From positions 640,001 through 704,000 of the forward strand of contig CAVVLO010000001.1 of NCBI GenBank assembly GCA_963749155.1: a DNA stretch of 64,000 nucleotides, in the 5' to 3' direction. Below are positions 22,515-33,903 of the stretch, piece by piece. This DNA comes from an uncultured Armatimonadia bacterium. GTDB taxonomy: Bacteria; Armatimonadota; Zipacnadia; CAVVLO01. Position 1 is the first letter of the stretch, and each line of letters starts with the position of its first letter. The translations under genes and the position numbers were made by a program. The notes beneath the pieces are model-generated. The model had not been told where the DNA came from and did no database searches. It was given only the letters and a program-made list of their open reading frames with translations.

Positions 22515-24525
22515 GTGAGCTCAACTGATAATCAACCTGCTGAGATAACTCGCACCGACCACCCCGAGTTGTCACCTCGTAGACCAATTTATTTCCTGGG
22601 CGCAATCCTCGTCGCCCTGCTCGCGCTCGTAGTCTCTTACTCCGAGCTTGTTGTCAGCCGCGGCGGCAGCGTAAATGCTATCCTGCTTGGTGCTACTCAC
22701 CTGCCTGCAGGGGCGCTCGCTTTCCTGCTCCTGATACTGGGCGCCAACTCGCTGCTGCACCGTTTCTTTCCCAAACTGGCCTTGCGCCCTCACGAAATAA
22801 CTCTGCTTTATTCAATGCTCATCGTGACCGCGCTGATGTCGTCTTTCTCATATCTGGCCCAGGTTATGCCTACCCTCGCAGGCATCAACTATTTCGGTTC
22901 GCCAGAAAATAAATGGGAAGACCTGCTTTACGGCAATCTAAGACAATGGCTGGTACCCTGGGACGTCGGCGCAGGCGCGAAGCAGCCCTTCATCAGAGAC
23001 TATTATGAGGGCCTTTTCTATGGTCAGCCCATCCCTTATACGCGCTGGCTGCCTGCCCTCGGCGCCTGGTCCATATTCGCTCTGGCCCTTTATGGCCTTA
23101 TGGCTTGCCTTTCGGTACTTATTCGCAAGCAGTGGGTAGACAACGAGAAGCTCTCCTTCCCCCTGGTCCAGCTACCGCTCGAGATGATCAAGGACGAGAC
23201 GCGCCCTTCCTTCTTCCGCAACCGCCTGATGTGGATTGGCTTTGGCATACCCTTCGTCATCCACGCCATAAATGGCTTCCACCAGTTCTTTCCAGCGGTG
23301 CCGCAGCTCACCCTTATCTATACCCTCAATCAGTATTTCACGACCAAGCCCTGGAACCAGATGCAAATCATCTTCATCATATTCTCCTTCGCGGTAATAG
23401 GACTTGGCTTCCTGCTGCCGCGCGATGTCGGCTTCTCCTTCTGGTTCTTCTTCCTCTTTGCCCGTCTGCAGGATGTCATTGCGTCTTTCTTCGGCGCCGA
23501 GATGGGCGGGATGCCTGTCTATCCTGCGTATGCCTACATCGGTTATCAATCGGTAGGCGCCTCCATCGTGGTGGGCCTGGGGATGCTGTGGCTCGGGCGT
23601 AGCAACTTCAAAGGACATCCTGAAGGGCGTCTGGCCAAAACGCGAACAGCCTGACTCCAGCGCCGAGGTTATGACTTACCGGAAAGCCTTCTGGGGTGCC
23701 GTGCTTTCGCTTGCAATAATGGTCACCTGGCTTAGCCTTGCGGGGATGAGCTGGCAACTTGGACTTGCTCTGATGCTCATATTCCTCTTCTTCGTTGTTC
23801 TGCCAATGACACGTTCGGTGTCCGAGATAGGCCTGCTGATGCTTCAAGGCCTTTTCCGTCCCATCGATGTCCTCAACCTGGTGATGAAGCGCTCTGCCCT
23901 TGGCCCGCGCAACCTGACCGTGATGTCTCTGGTGGATGGGATCTTCTACCGCGACCCGCGCATCATAATGCCCGCCCTGCTTGACGGGCAGAAGATGGCT
24001 GGCGAGACCCGCCTGGCAAAGCGCCATCTGCTGCCAGGGCTTATAACCGGCGTCCTCGTGACCCTGGTCGTTGGAGGGCTTTTCCAGCTTACCCTCGTCT
24101 ATCGCCATGGCGGCATCAACTGCAATAGCTGGTTCCTGCTCTCCAACCCGACTCTCTACTTTAACGAAAGCGTCGGCCTGCTGACCGGCCGGGAGAAATT
24201 CAGCTTTTTCCAGCTTGGTTGGGCAAGCGCCGGTGCCGCCTTTACTGTCTTCCTCTACTTTATGCGCGCCCGGTTCTGGTGGTGGCCCTTCCATCCTCTG
24301 GCTTACGCCCTGGCGCCCGCCTGGCCTGGAATCGTCTACTGGTTTAGCTATTTCCTCGGCTGGCTGGCCCGTACTTTCTTGCAGAAATACGGCGGAATAA
24401 AAGTCTATCGCCGCTCCAGGGCGCTCTTCCTCGGCCTTATTCTGGGAGAGTTCTCTGCCGCCCTGGTTTGGGGCCTTGTTAGCGCTATCACCGGTGTGCC
24501 CGCGCCCTATATCCCGCTGGTCTAA
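22515..24525 (+). CDS. DUF6785/DUF6784 multi-TM putative peptide transporter; frameshift near 23605
   Basis: KQWVDNEKLSFPL, WWPFHPLAY, FLGLILGE; many TM segments. Confidence 0.7.
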
Positions 24526-24527
24526 CG

Positions 24528-25292
24528 ATGCTGACGCGTACCTTCATCCATCTGCCGCACGTTGGAGAGGCCACTGAGCGCAAGCTCTGGCGCCTTGGCT
24601 TGCACGACTGGGATTCGGGCCGGGCCTGTGTGGCGGAAGGCAAGGTAAAAGGCGCCCTGGCCGACCGCCTGGCCGAAGGACTTGAAGCTTCGCAAGATCG
24701 CCTTGCTGCGCGTGACGCCAGCTATTTCGCCAGTGCTTTACTGCCTCGTGACCACTGGCGCGCCTGGCCCGAATTCGGCGACCAGGTCGCCTTCGTGGAT
24801 ATCGAGACCACCGGCTGCGACCACTGGAGCGCCATCACCGTCATCGGTATCTGGGATGGCGTAGAGGTGCGTCAATATGTCAAAGGCCACAATCTGGAAG
24901 AAGCCAAAGACGACCTTGCGCGTTTCCCTCTGCTTGTGACCTTCAACGGCGCCTGCTTCGATTTGCCTTTCATTTATCGAGAGCTGGGCCCACTTGCAAC
25001 TGAGCCTCTGCATATTGACCTTCGTTTCGCTCTCAAGCGGGTCGGTTACGGCGGCGGTCTCAAGAGCGTCGAACACCAGCTTGGCCTGTCACGCAGCGAC
25101 GAGACAACTGGCCTCGACGGGATGGACGCCGTGCGCCTCTGGCAGGAATATCGCCACGGCCGAAAAGCTTCTCTTGACCTGCTGCTCGCCTACAATGCCG
25201 AGGATATCGTGAATCTTGAACCGCTCGCTCAGACCGCCTACGAGTTGCTGCGCCAGGCCGCCCGCCATCCAGCCGACGTTAGCGCGCCCTGA
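24528..25292 (+). CDS. YprB-like RNase H-fold (DEDD) exonuclease
   Basis: FVDIETTG, TFNGACFDLPF, GGLKSVE, YNAED. Confidence 0.85.
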   Translation: MLTRTFIHLPHVGEATERKLWRLGLHDWDSGRACVAEGKVKGALADRLAEGLEASQDRLAARDASYFASALLPRDHWRAWPEFGDQVAFVDIETTGCDHWSAITVIGIWDGVEVRQYVKGHNLEEAKDDLARFPLLVTFNGACFDLPFIYRELGPLATEPLHIDLRFALKRVGYGGGLKSVEHQLGLSRSDETTGLDGMDAVRLWQEYRHGRKASLDLLLAYNAEDIVNLEPLAQTAYELLRQAARHPADVSAP

Positions 25293-28124
25293 CGACTGCC
25301 ATTGCGGCGATCTCGAGCCCGACCTTCCCATCCCACCACAGGCGGAACTCCGCCGACGCCTCGGGCTCATCCCAGATGAAGGGCACCGCCACTGTTACCC
25401 ACTCGCCCACCTGAGGGAAGTCTTCAGCCTTCAGTAACGCAGCTCGCCCGCCGGCGTATTGCTGCCCGCATAGCCGCCCTGGTTGATGTCCAGCTTGCCG
25501 ATTGGCCCAGTCGCCTCATCTAGCGCCCTCAGCTTCACCAGCAATGTATACTGCCCCTCTGGGAAGCCCACATAAGGGCCATAGATTGCGTGCGCCGCCT
25601 CGTCCTGCCCGGGCTGCACAATCCAGCTGCCCTCATCGCCCGGAGAGCCTGTCACATGCTTCAAAGAGGCCGCTGAGTAGAAAGCCACCTCCTCAAGCTC
25701 CTCCGGCAGGCTCTCTGCCGGGGTGGGGAAGACCGTCACCGGCAGGCTGAAGCTGAAACTGTCGCCCTCCGTCATCGCAGAAAGCGCAAGTACTGGCGCC
25801 TCGGCGCCTTCCTCTGCCTGCGCTCGCAGACGCACGTTGCCAGTTGCGTAAGGCTCAAGCACTGGCGACTGGGTTGCTAGCTCAACCTGCAGCCCCTCGC
25901 CTTCTGCTTCAAGCTCCGGTGACACTGTCATATCGAAGGTGTTCTGCAACGGAAGGGCCAGCTCTACCTCGCGCCCTTCGATGACTCCAACCCGCCAGCC
26001 TGCGAAGAAGGGCGACTCCCCAAGTAGCAGCTTGCCCAGGTATGCCTCCTTCACCAGTTCGACCAAAGTGTCGAGTCTCACGGCCTCATACTCCTCGGAG
26101 GGCAGCCGGTCCAGCAGCTCAATCGAGGTCTTCATCACATCGTGGAAATAGTGCAGGTCGGCGTAAACCAGCATAAAGCAGGGCTTGGGCAGCCCTTCGG
26201 CCATCGCTTGCATCCGCTCGGCCATCTCGTCCAGTGCCGCCTTGCGCTGGTCCGGATCATCAAAGACCGCTCGCCAATTCGCGCCTGCCACCCCGCTCTG
26301 CCAGTAGCCAAAGCTCTCGAACACCACCGGCGTCCCGTTCGACGTGATATAGACCCTTGGCGCGCTGCCCATATGCGTCAGTGCCAGGGGCCTGGCCGCC
26401 TCTGCGTATTCGGCCAGCACATCGGCCCGGTCACCCTGCCAGAGGTCAAGGATATGGATATCCGCCTTCTCGGCCAGGCGCCCAGTATGCGCAGCGAACT
26501 CCCCCACGTTAGGCATCACGTTGGGGTAGGTATAGCCCGCCCCGGAGCAGCCTGCAAAGAAGTAATCTTGCGGTGTCGCCTCATCGTAGTACCACTCCAG
26601 CATCGCCGGAAACTGCTCTGCCATCAGCGGGTTGATGCCCCAGTTCATTGGCAGCTCACCGCGCTGCGGATCGTCCCAGCCGCCGAACCCAAAGGGGATG
26701 GGAAACTTCATCGTGTCCCCTTCGCTGGTCATAAAAGCGATATAGACCTTCTCCTCGAGAGCCGGTGTCGGGGGAGGAGCGGTCTGATGAAACTCCGGCT
26801 TGTTGGCTGGCACCTGTGAGTAGAAGCTCCAGTTGGCCCCAAAGTGGAAGCTGTAATGGCCAGCCTTCGAGATGGTAGTGCAGTAGACGTCCTCCGGCTC
26901 GCCATACCCCACGATCTGGCAAGGCGACTCAAGCGCCGAGAGGAACCGCTCGAACAACTCCACCTCTTCCGGGCTGCCTCCCACAAGCCGGTTGCCGTAG
27001 GTGGGCTTCACTTCGGGAGAAGCCGTCAGGTTCCACAGTGGCCCGCGCTGCATCACCACCCAGTCGAAGCCATCGAAGGGGCCGCATCCCGTCGGTATAC
27101 CATCATGGTCATAATCGCCCGAGTACGCATACTGCTTGTTGCAGCGAGGCACAAGCTCCTCAAGTGCCCACCGGTAGTACTCGGCGCTGGTTTCGAATTT
27201 GCCGCGCAGGTCTTCTACGACCGGCAGCCCAGGCCCGGTAAGTGGTGGTCGTTCTATTTGTGGCGGTCGGTTACCTTCGGCATCGCAGGGGGAGAGAGAC
27301 CGCCATACCACCCAGCCGCCTTCGCTCAGGATATGCAACTGGATAAGCCCAAAGCTCATCTGGCCCGAGCGGCCAGTCAGTTCCTTCAGGTTGTATCGGA
27401 TTACGCCCGGATTGGTCTCCCCAGGCAGCCCTAAATCATCCTTTTCACCGGCTACAGCGCCATCTCCGTCCCTGTCCCAGGACAGCTTCAGCGCCCATAG
27501 TCCCTGGCAAGCGGAGACCTCCACTTCCAGATAGGGGTATTTATCGAGGTCCCAGCCCGCATTTGGGAGGCTGAGGAAACTCCAGGGGTCTGAGGGATTG
27601 CCTTCGGTCAGCCTCGCCCCCTCAGGGGTTGCCTCCAGCTTCGCACCGGCCGCTTTATTCCACAGAGCCAGGTCTTCCGGCTCAAAACGCGTACCGGCAA
27701 ACTGCGCGCCCGCGTTAAAGCCCGGAGTTTTGCCGGTCATAATAGCTTCCGTCACCGGCACGAGATTCTCCAGTCCCGCCAGCGTCAGGGCTGTCCAGCG
27801 CGCTCCGTCGGGCGCTTCGGGATAGACCACTAGCCCCTTGAGGTCGTCTTTGAAGGCCTCAAACAGACTCCTCAGGTCGGGGACAGGCGTAAATTGGCAA
27901 TCGTAACGTTCCTCATATATGCGCTGCCAGCGCCGGTCGTTCAACCCATCTCTTATGACGAACAACCTCGGCCCTTGCCGGTTCACCAGTCCTTGCAGGC
28001 TCATCACCGTTACCTGCTCGTTCCAGGTAAGGCGGCTGATATCCATTACACGAGCCTGTATGCTTGCATGCGCATATACGCATATAAGCAAAAAGAACAG
28101 TGTGAAAAGAGGGAGCAGCTTCAT
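25238..28124 (-). CDS. Secreted GxGYxYP-family putative glycoside hydrolase with accessory domains; frameshift near 25435, 3' end approximate
   Basis: SLQGLVNR, MTSEGD, SGAGYTYP; C-terminal YGPY...EFRLWW module continues in another frame. Confidence 0.75.
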
Positions 28125-28163
28125 CAGGGCCTCCGCAGGGCTTCTCGTTACAACCAGCCACTA

Positions 28164-28191
28164 GTTGGCTCTACAGGCAGTTATTCCTTGC
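28164..28191 (-). promoter_or_regulatory. Putative alternative-sigma (sigmaH-like) promoter, site A
   Basis: AAGGA-N15-GCCAAC, 39 nt before ATG 28124. Confidence 0.5.
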
Positions 28192-29542
28192 CTGCAGAAT
28201 GCTTCTGTTCGCGCGCCTGGATTGTCTCAAGCCTGCCTTGAACGCGCCTCAGATAATCCTCGGGAGGCTCAGGTAGAGGAAAGCCAGGAGCTGGGTTGAC
28301 TTGTACAGTCTCTAGTCTGGCTAGCGCAGCCCTGGCGGAGTGGAGACTGCACTTGAAGGCAGGCAGTCGGTGCTCGGGGGGCAGTTTCTGCTCCCAGTTG
28401 CTGTGGTTTTCGATAAAGCGGAATATCTGTATCAAGCTTGGTGCTGTGGCCCCATCCGCCACATAGTGGGCATACTCGGCCAGCACCTGCTCTGGCGTGG
28501 CGGCCAGGTCGCTAGCGAAGCGCCCAAAGGCATAGGTGTTGAGCGCGCCTGGCAGATAGCCGTTATAGCTCCAGTTGCCGATGATGCCCGTCATCCCGAC
28601 CTCGCGCATCTGGTTCACGTACTGGTGGATATACCTCGTGTCAATCTGAGTTTGGCCCCACAGGCTGCCTGCCGCGCTTTCATCGCCGTCATCGGCCTCA
28701 TCCAGCAGGAAATACGGCCAGGCCCAGAGCCGGTTTACCCCTCTTGCGCGCAGCTTGCGCGCGTCCTCGGCAGTTGGCAGCAGTTCAGGCTGCAACCCCT
28801 CTGCGCTTAGGGTACGTAGCGCAAGGGCTCGATAGTAATTATGCCCGGCCAACTCCAGCCCGCTTCCCTCGCCCAGGATGCCCTCTGTCTCTAGCAAAGC
28901 CTTGGTAGTATTGTGTTCTGCCACCCACCAGGCCGAGGTCATCGCACTGAGTTCGGGATTCACCCACATCGCGATAGCCCAGGGATTGAGGTTGAACTTG
29001 GCCTTTGGCGCTTCGCGCTTGACGACGGCTTCGACCTCGAGTGCCATATTGGTCCAGTCTGCAAGCTCTGCCGGCCCCAGTGCACTGGGCACGCCGCCCG
29101 GATCTCCCGCAAAGAAGCTGAAACCGTCGGCAGCTTTTAGCGCCTTCACAGTCTTGGCCAGGTAGTGAAGCCGAGAATCCAGGGCGGCTCTGTCCCGAGG
29201 ATAAAACTTGACGCCTGTGCCTGTAGGTTCGAAGTCTTCCGGCCCCAGCCATTGCGCGATGTTGGAAAAGAGGATAACCCAGACCTTGAAGCCGTCCCTC
29301 TGTGCCGAGGCCACATCTGCGGCAAAACCCGCGTAGTAGTCGTCCAGGAGGTCCGCCCTCTGGTGCCAGCCGGTGTCACAGAATTGGAGAGTATTGAGCC
29401 CGCAGGCTTTCCAGAAGGCGTGCTGGTCAGGGGTGTCGCGCCAGACATAAAGACCGATGGTTTCAAAGCCTTGAGCTGAGAAAGCGGTGCCACTGCCTAG
29501 CAAAGAGAAAACTAAAGCCACCCTAATCAGCCCTTTCACCAT
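28181..29542 (-). CDS. Secreted hypothetical protein, possibly TIM-barrel hydrolase-like
   Basis: 453-aa ORF with signal peptide and SD; Trp/Asp-rich motifs (AGDPGG, WPYFLLDE). Confidence 0.65.
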   Translation of the reverse strand: MVKGLIRVALVFSLLGSGTAFSAQGFETIGLYVWRDTPDQHAFWKACGLNTLQFCDTGWHQRADLLDDYYAGFAADVASAQRDGFKVWVILFSNIAQWLGPEDFEPTGTGVKFYPRDRAALDSRLHYLAKTVKALKAADGFSFFAGDPGGVPSALGPAELADWTNMALEVEAVVKREAPKAKFNLNPWAIAMWVNPELSAMTSAWWVAEHNTTKALLETEGILGEGSGLELAGHNYYRALALRTLSAEGLQPELLPTAEDARKLRARGVNRLWAWPYFLLDEADDGDESAAGSLWGQTQIDTRYIHQYVNQMREVGMTGIIGNWSYNGYLPGALNTYAFGRFASDLAATPEQVLAEYAHYVADGATAPSLIQIFRFIENHSNWEQKLPPEHRLPAFKCSLHSARAALARLETVQVNPAPGFPLPEPPEDYLRRVQGRLETIQAREQKHSAGKE

Positions 29543-29585
29543 CTGCCTTCTTCTCCCATCGTCTGGAAGCCGTCACAGCAGGTAA

Positions 29586-29612
29586 GTTGGCCGTGCAAGA
29601 GGGCTTTCCTGC
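29586..29612 (-). promoter_or_regulatory. Putative alternative-sigma (sigmaH-like) promoter, site B
   Basis: GCAGGA-N15-GCCAAC, 43 nt before ATG 29542. Confidence 0.5.
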
Positions 29613-29614
29613 CC

Positions 29615-29986
29615 CTAGAGCTGCTTGCCGAGGGCAAGGCCTCCTAGCAGGCAGACCAGTCCGAGTAGATTGTGGGCGACCACATTGCCCGCAGCAAGGG
29701 TCCAGGAGTCTTGTAGCAGTTCGTGAGTATCGAAGGCGAAAGTCGAGAAGGTGGTGAAAGCGCCCATAAAGCCGACCAGTACCCCAAGTTTGACGCTGGG
29801 GGGCAGGTGTGTGTGCGCGCCCAATACCGACAGAACCAGGCCGAAGGCGAAACAGCCCACGGCGTTAACGGCAAGCGTCCCCCAGGGGAAGCCGCCGCCT
29901 GTCCGTGCCTGCACGAAATCCGCCAGCGCGAAGCGCATCAACGCTCCTGCCGCGCCACCTGCCGCTATCACAAAAATATTCAGCAA
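29615..29986 (-). CDS. crcB: Fluoride channel Fluc/CrcB
   Basis: GGAAGALMRF, FPWGTLAVN, GFMGAFTTFSTF. Confidence 0.95.
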   Translation of the reverse strand: MLNIFVIAAGGAAGALMRFALADFVQARTGGGFPWGTLAVNAVGCFAFGLVLSVLGAHTHLPPSVKLGVLVGFMGAFTTFSTFAFDTHELLQDSWTLAAGNVVAHNLLGLVCLLGGLALGKQL

Positions 29987-29997
29987 AGTCCTTCTCC

Positions 29998-30075
29998 AAA
30001 AACAGCCCCCGCCACCGAAACGATGGCGGGAGCGTATTTCTGCGCGATTCTACCGCGCTTGCCTTCTGCTGGCAA
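29998..30075 (-). promoter_or_regulatory. Sigma70-like promoter followed by a terminator-like leader hairpin upstream of crcB
   Basis: TTGCCA-N17-TAGAAT; then CTCCCGCCATCG-TTT-CGGTGGCGGGGG-CTGTTTTT abutting SD GGAGAAGG. Confidence 0.55.
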
Positions 30076-30077
30076 GC

Positions 30078-33000
30078 CTAGTCAATCAGCGCATAATCTA
30101 CTTGATCTTGCCAGGTCACCCGCGCGCACAGCCAGTAACTGTTCAAGATTTCTTCGGTAGCCCCAGCCAGTGGTTCGAGCGTGAAGTCAACGACTCGCTT
30201 CTCGCCCGGCTCCAGTGTATAGCCGGCCCTCCAGGGATCGAGCATGGCTACGCGATAGTTGGGCGCATGCCTTTCGCCCCAGGTCTCGATTGAGGAGATA
30301 ATCGCCACCTGGCCTGAGAGAGGTTGCCGGTTGGTGTTATGCAGCTCCACCATGATTTTCGTGCCGTTCTCGGCGCGCCAGGCCCGCCACTGCAAGCCGA
30401 GTTGGCCGATGCACTTCGAGATAGTCCTGATAAAGCTGTCCCTCGTGTTCTACCTGCGCCATTATCCAGCCGCCTGGACAGGAATGCCGTACCTTCACAA
30501 CTACTTCTTCGACCTTCGTTTCGCCCGGCGCCAGGCGGAAGGGCACTTCCTTTATCTCACTGAAGCAACCACTGGGCAGCGCAAGCTTCACTACGGCTTC
30601 GACCTCGCGGTCGGTGTAGTTGTTTGCGAGGCCAAGTTGAAGCACGTTCTCGTGTTCTGTCGCCGTCGGCCCGAACAGCGCCAGCGCAACGGGCATATTC
30701 CCAATCGGCGCTGCGCCCTGGTTCAGTTCCCAATAGCGCACGCAGACAGGCTGACAAGGCTCGTGAAGCCGTCCGAGGGTGACGTTCTCGCACTCGGGTA
30801 GATTGCCGAAAGTCAGCTTTACCGTCGCGATGGCATTGGGCACAAGGGGTATCTCCAGCTTGCTGCTGCCGGCCGGCAGTTCTTCTAGCTCGTTCTCCGC
30901 CAGGTCGCACAGCACCACGCGCTCGGGCGCGGCAGGTAGCAACACCTCGGCCAGAGTCGGTCGCCCGTTTTGCTCGGCCAGGCGGATAATAACTTCCGTA
31001 AGCGGCCCTTCAAGCTGTTTGGATTGGCCAGCCATAACCGGATAGCCAGGCGCTTTCAGTGTAACCAGCGCGACCGAGGTCGGCTCCACCTGCATCAAAG
31101 CCTTTTCCTTCGGCAGGTCACCCCGGTGCTGGTCTACCGCAAAGGGCAGCAAGTCATGCTGGAAGCTTTCGGCTGCCTCGAGCAATCCCGAGTCGCGCAC
31201 CCCGCCAGGGGCGCAATGGAGCGCATACCGAAAGACCCGGGTGCCCATTTCGTCCACGAATACATCAGCAAAATACCTGTTGGACCAGGCTGCCACGTGG
31301 AAGAGAGCCAGGGTAACCAGATCGCCCGCCTCAACGCTCATCCCCAGGTTCCCGTTATTGATGACAGCCGCCGTGTAGCCGGGCACCTCGTTCCAGAGGC
31401 CAGAGAAGTTGGCCTCCTTGGGCAACTCGATTTTGGCGTCCGCCAGGTCTAGCTCCAGCTCTGCAAGGGCGGCTTCGAGACTTGCCTCGTCTTTTGCCAC
31501 CAGCACGAGTACCGGCAGAGGGTCCATTGACCAGGGCACCGTTGCCGCGCTGACTTTGCCGTGGTTCCAGTCGTCAGCATTACCTGCGCCTTGCGGCACA
31601 TCCTGATCCAGCACCGCGACCCAGCAATAACCTTGCGCGCCAAGCTGCTTTGCTAGCCGTTCGGCGGCGGCAGGATTGTCTCTCCGCAGCCGTTCGAGAT
31701 AACTGTTCTCGCCCTCGAGCCCCGCTGCCAGCCTGAAAGTCTGATAGAAAGTGTCCGCGTTGAAGTCCTGCTCCGGCGTAAACTGTGTGAGTGTGATGCC
31801 ATGCGGATTGAAAGCCTTGATGAGGCGTTCTCCCAGCACTCTGCCGCCTTCGCTATCCGCCGTAATGACCGCGCCCAGTCCCAGCGGGAAGCTGCCTCCC
31901 TCGCCAAAGTCGAGAGTCACGCAACTCCCAAGTCCTGCGAAGTGGCTGGCCGAATACACCGCGCAGCCCGAATACATTTTCCACTGGCTGGTGTCGAATT
32001 CCAGTTGCTTGCGACTGCGCTTGCGCGCAAGCAAGGTGTTGCGATCATCGTAGACAGGTGTTGTGCCCTCCAGCTCCAGCGGGAAGCATGCCAGCACGAA
32101 ATCGCGCCGCGGGTCCTCGCCTGCCCCATTATTCTCGGGGGGACAGGTCGTTTGATAATTCACCAGTCGGGTCTCGAACTCAATCGTCCTGCACCCTTCA
32201 TACAAGGCTATCTCCCTTACCAGTTCATGCTTCTCGGCAAGGGTAGACTCGATTATCAGCTTCTGCGCGACAGTCCCGGTCAGTCTCGTAACCTGGGCCG
32301 GCGCTTCAGAGGCGAAGTGCTTCTCGCCCGTTGTATGGAACTCCCAGGAGGGCTCCACCCCTGGCCCCTCGATGAGCAGCGCGATATCGTTCCCCAGGCA
32401 CTTGGAAGTGGACTGGATAAGTTCGCGTCCTTCCTGTTTGTCCCACAAGCTGACGATGCCGCCCCCGCGGGCCGGGTCCACTGTGATGCGGAAGAACTCG
32501 TTCTCAATTGTGGTCTCGCAGTCCAGACGGGGCTCGTGAGTGCGCGGCTCCTTGGTCTGGTAGTAATAGGACTTGTACCCGAGCGCTGGCACGTCCTCGG
32601 CCCAGAAGCGGATGGTTACCCCGTGGATATCTCTGTGGAAAACCTGGTGAGGCACGATGCGTCCGCTTGATTCGAAGACATCCAGATCGCCAAACTCGCC
32701 CTCGACAGTCAGCTCGCAGGGGCCGCTGCGTTTGCGGGGCAGCGCATTGAACACCACCAGCGCCTGGGCGTCCGAATCGGCCATCCGGGTTTCGGCTTTG
32801 CTTGCGATAAACCGACAGGCGTTCTCCAGCACCTCACTCGACAGCTCAAGTGACTCTCTGTAACTCGAAAGCAAATCCAGGAAAGGTCGGTCAGACTGCG
32901 TGCCGGTGATGGAATCATGATGGTGCACGAAAGCCAGTTGCCGCCAGGCCTTGTCCAGGGCGAGGTGAGGATAGTCTGCTCCCATAAGCGAAGCGATGCT

Positions 33001-33903
33001 CGCGAAGGCCTCGGCCTGGTAGACCCGGTTCTCGCCCAGCCGGTTGCCCAGCTTCAGGTTGCTGCGCGACACCGACGTGCCGATGTGGTAGTGGTGGATA
33101 TCGCGACTCGTCAGCGGCAGCTCCAGCCCTTCGTGGTCTACCGCGTGATGGATGGCGTCGAAATACTTGCCAGGCACCGAGATAACGATAGGTGGATCCT
33201 GCTCTGCCAGATATTTGAGATTACCAGTCAGCCACTCGCGCGGCGGCTCGAAGTCCGACCCAATCATCAACAGGTCGGTCGGCACCCCCGCCGCCGCCTC
33301 TTCTTTCTGATGCTGCTTGCAGTGTTCGATGGCCTGTTCAAGTCCGCCAACGAAAGTCAGTGGATGATAAGGCTCGCGCTTCAGGATAAGCTCTGACCCG
33401 TCTGGCGAGAGATACCGGAACAGCCGGGGGAAGGGGTAGTCTATGAAAGCCGGCGGGTTGCCCTTGGTGTAGACCATCCCTCTGAAGCCAAATCCCTTAA
33501 GCAACTGGGCGATACGCCGGCAATGGCCGAACACGTCATGTGGCTGGTAAACGGTCGGCTTGTCACCGAGTTGCTCCTCGTGGAAGGTCTTGCCCAGCGC
33601 CAGGTTCCGGATGATAGCCTCCAGGCCAAGCGACACTTCGTTCGGCTCGCTGTAACTGCCTGCGGTCTCGATGCGCCCCTCGGCAATAAGTACCTTGAGC
33701 GCATTGCGCCGGTCCAGCATATAGTCCACATAGGGCTTGAGGTAATCCACCTCGGTAAGCACCGCGTGATAGAGGGGGTCCTCCAGGCAGCACTCGACAA
33801 ACTCGTCCGAGTTCATCATCGAACGCCAGATGCAGGTGTTCTGGTCGCCCAGCCACACCGGGTCACAATGGAAATGCGGCGCGACGTAGACCTTGGCTTT
33901 CAT
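30078..33903 (-). CDS. GH38 alpha-mannosidase with C-terminal extra domains; frameshift near 30390
   Basis: HFHCDPVW, HDVFGH (nucleophile Asp), HHHDSITGT. Confidence 0.85.
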
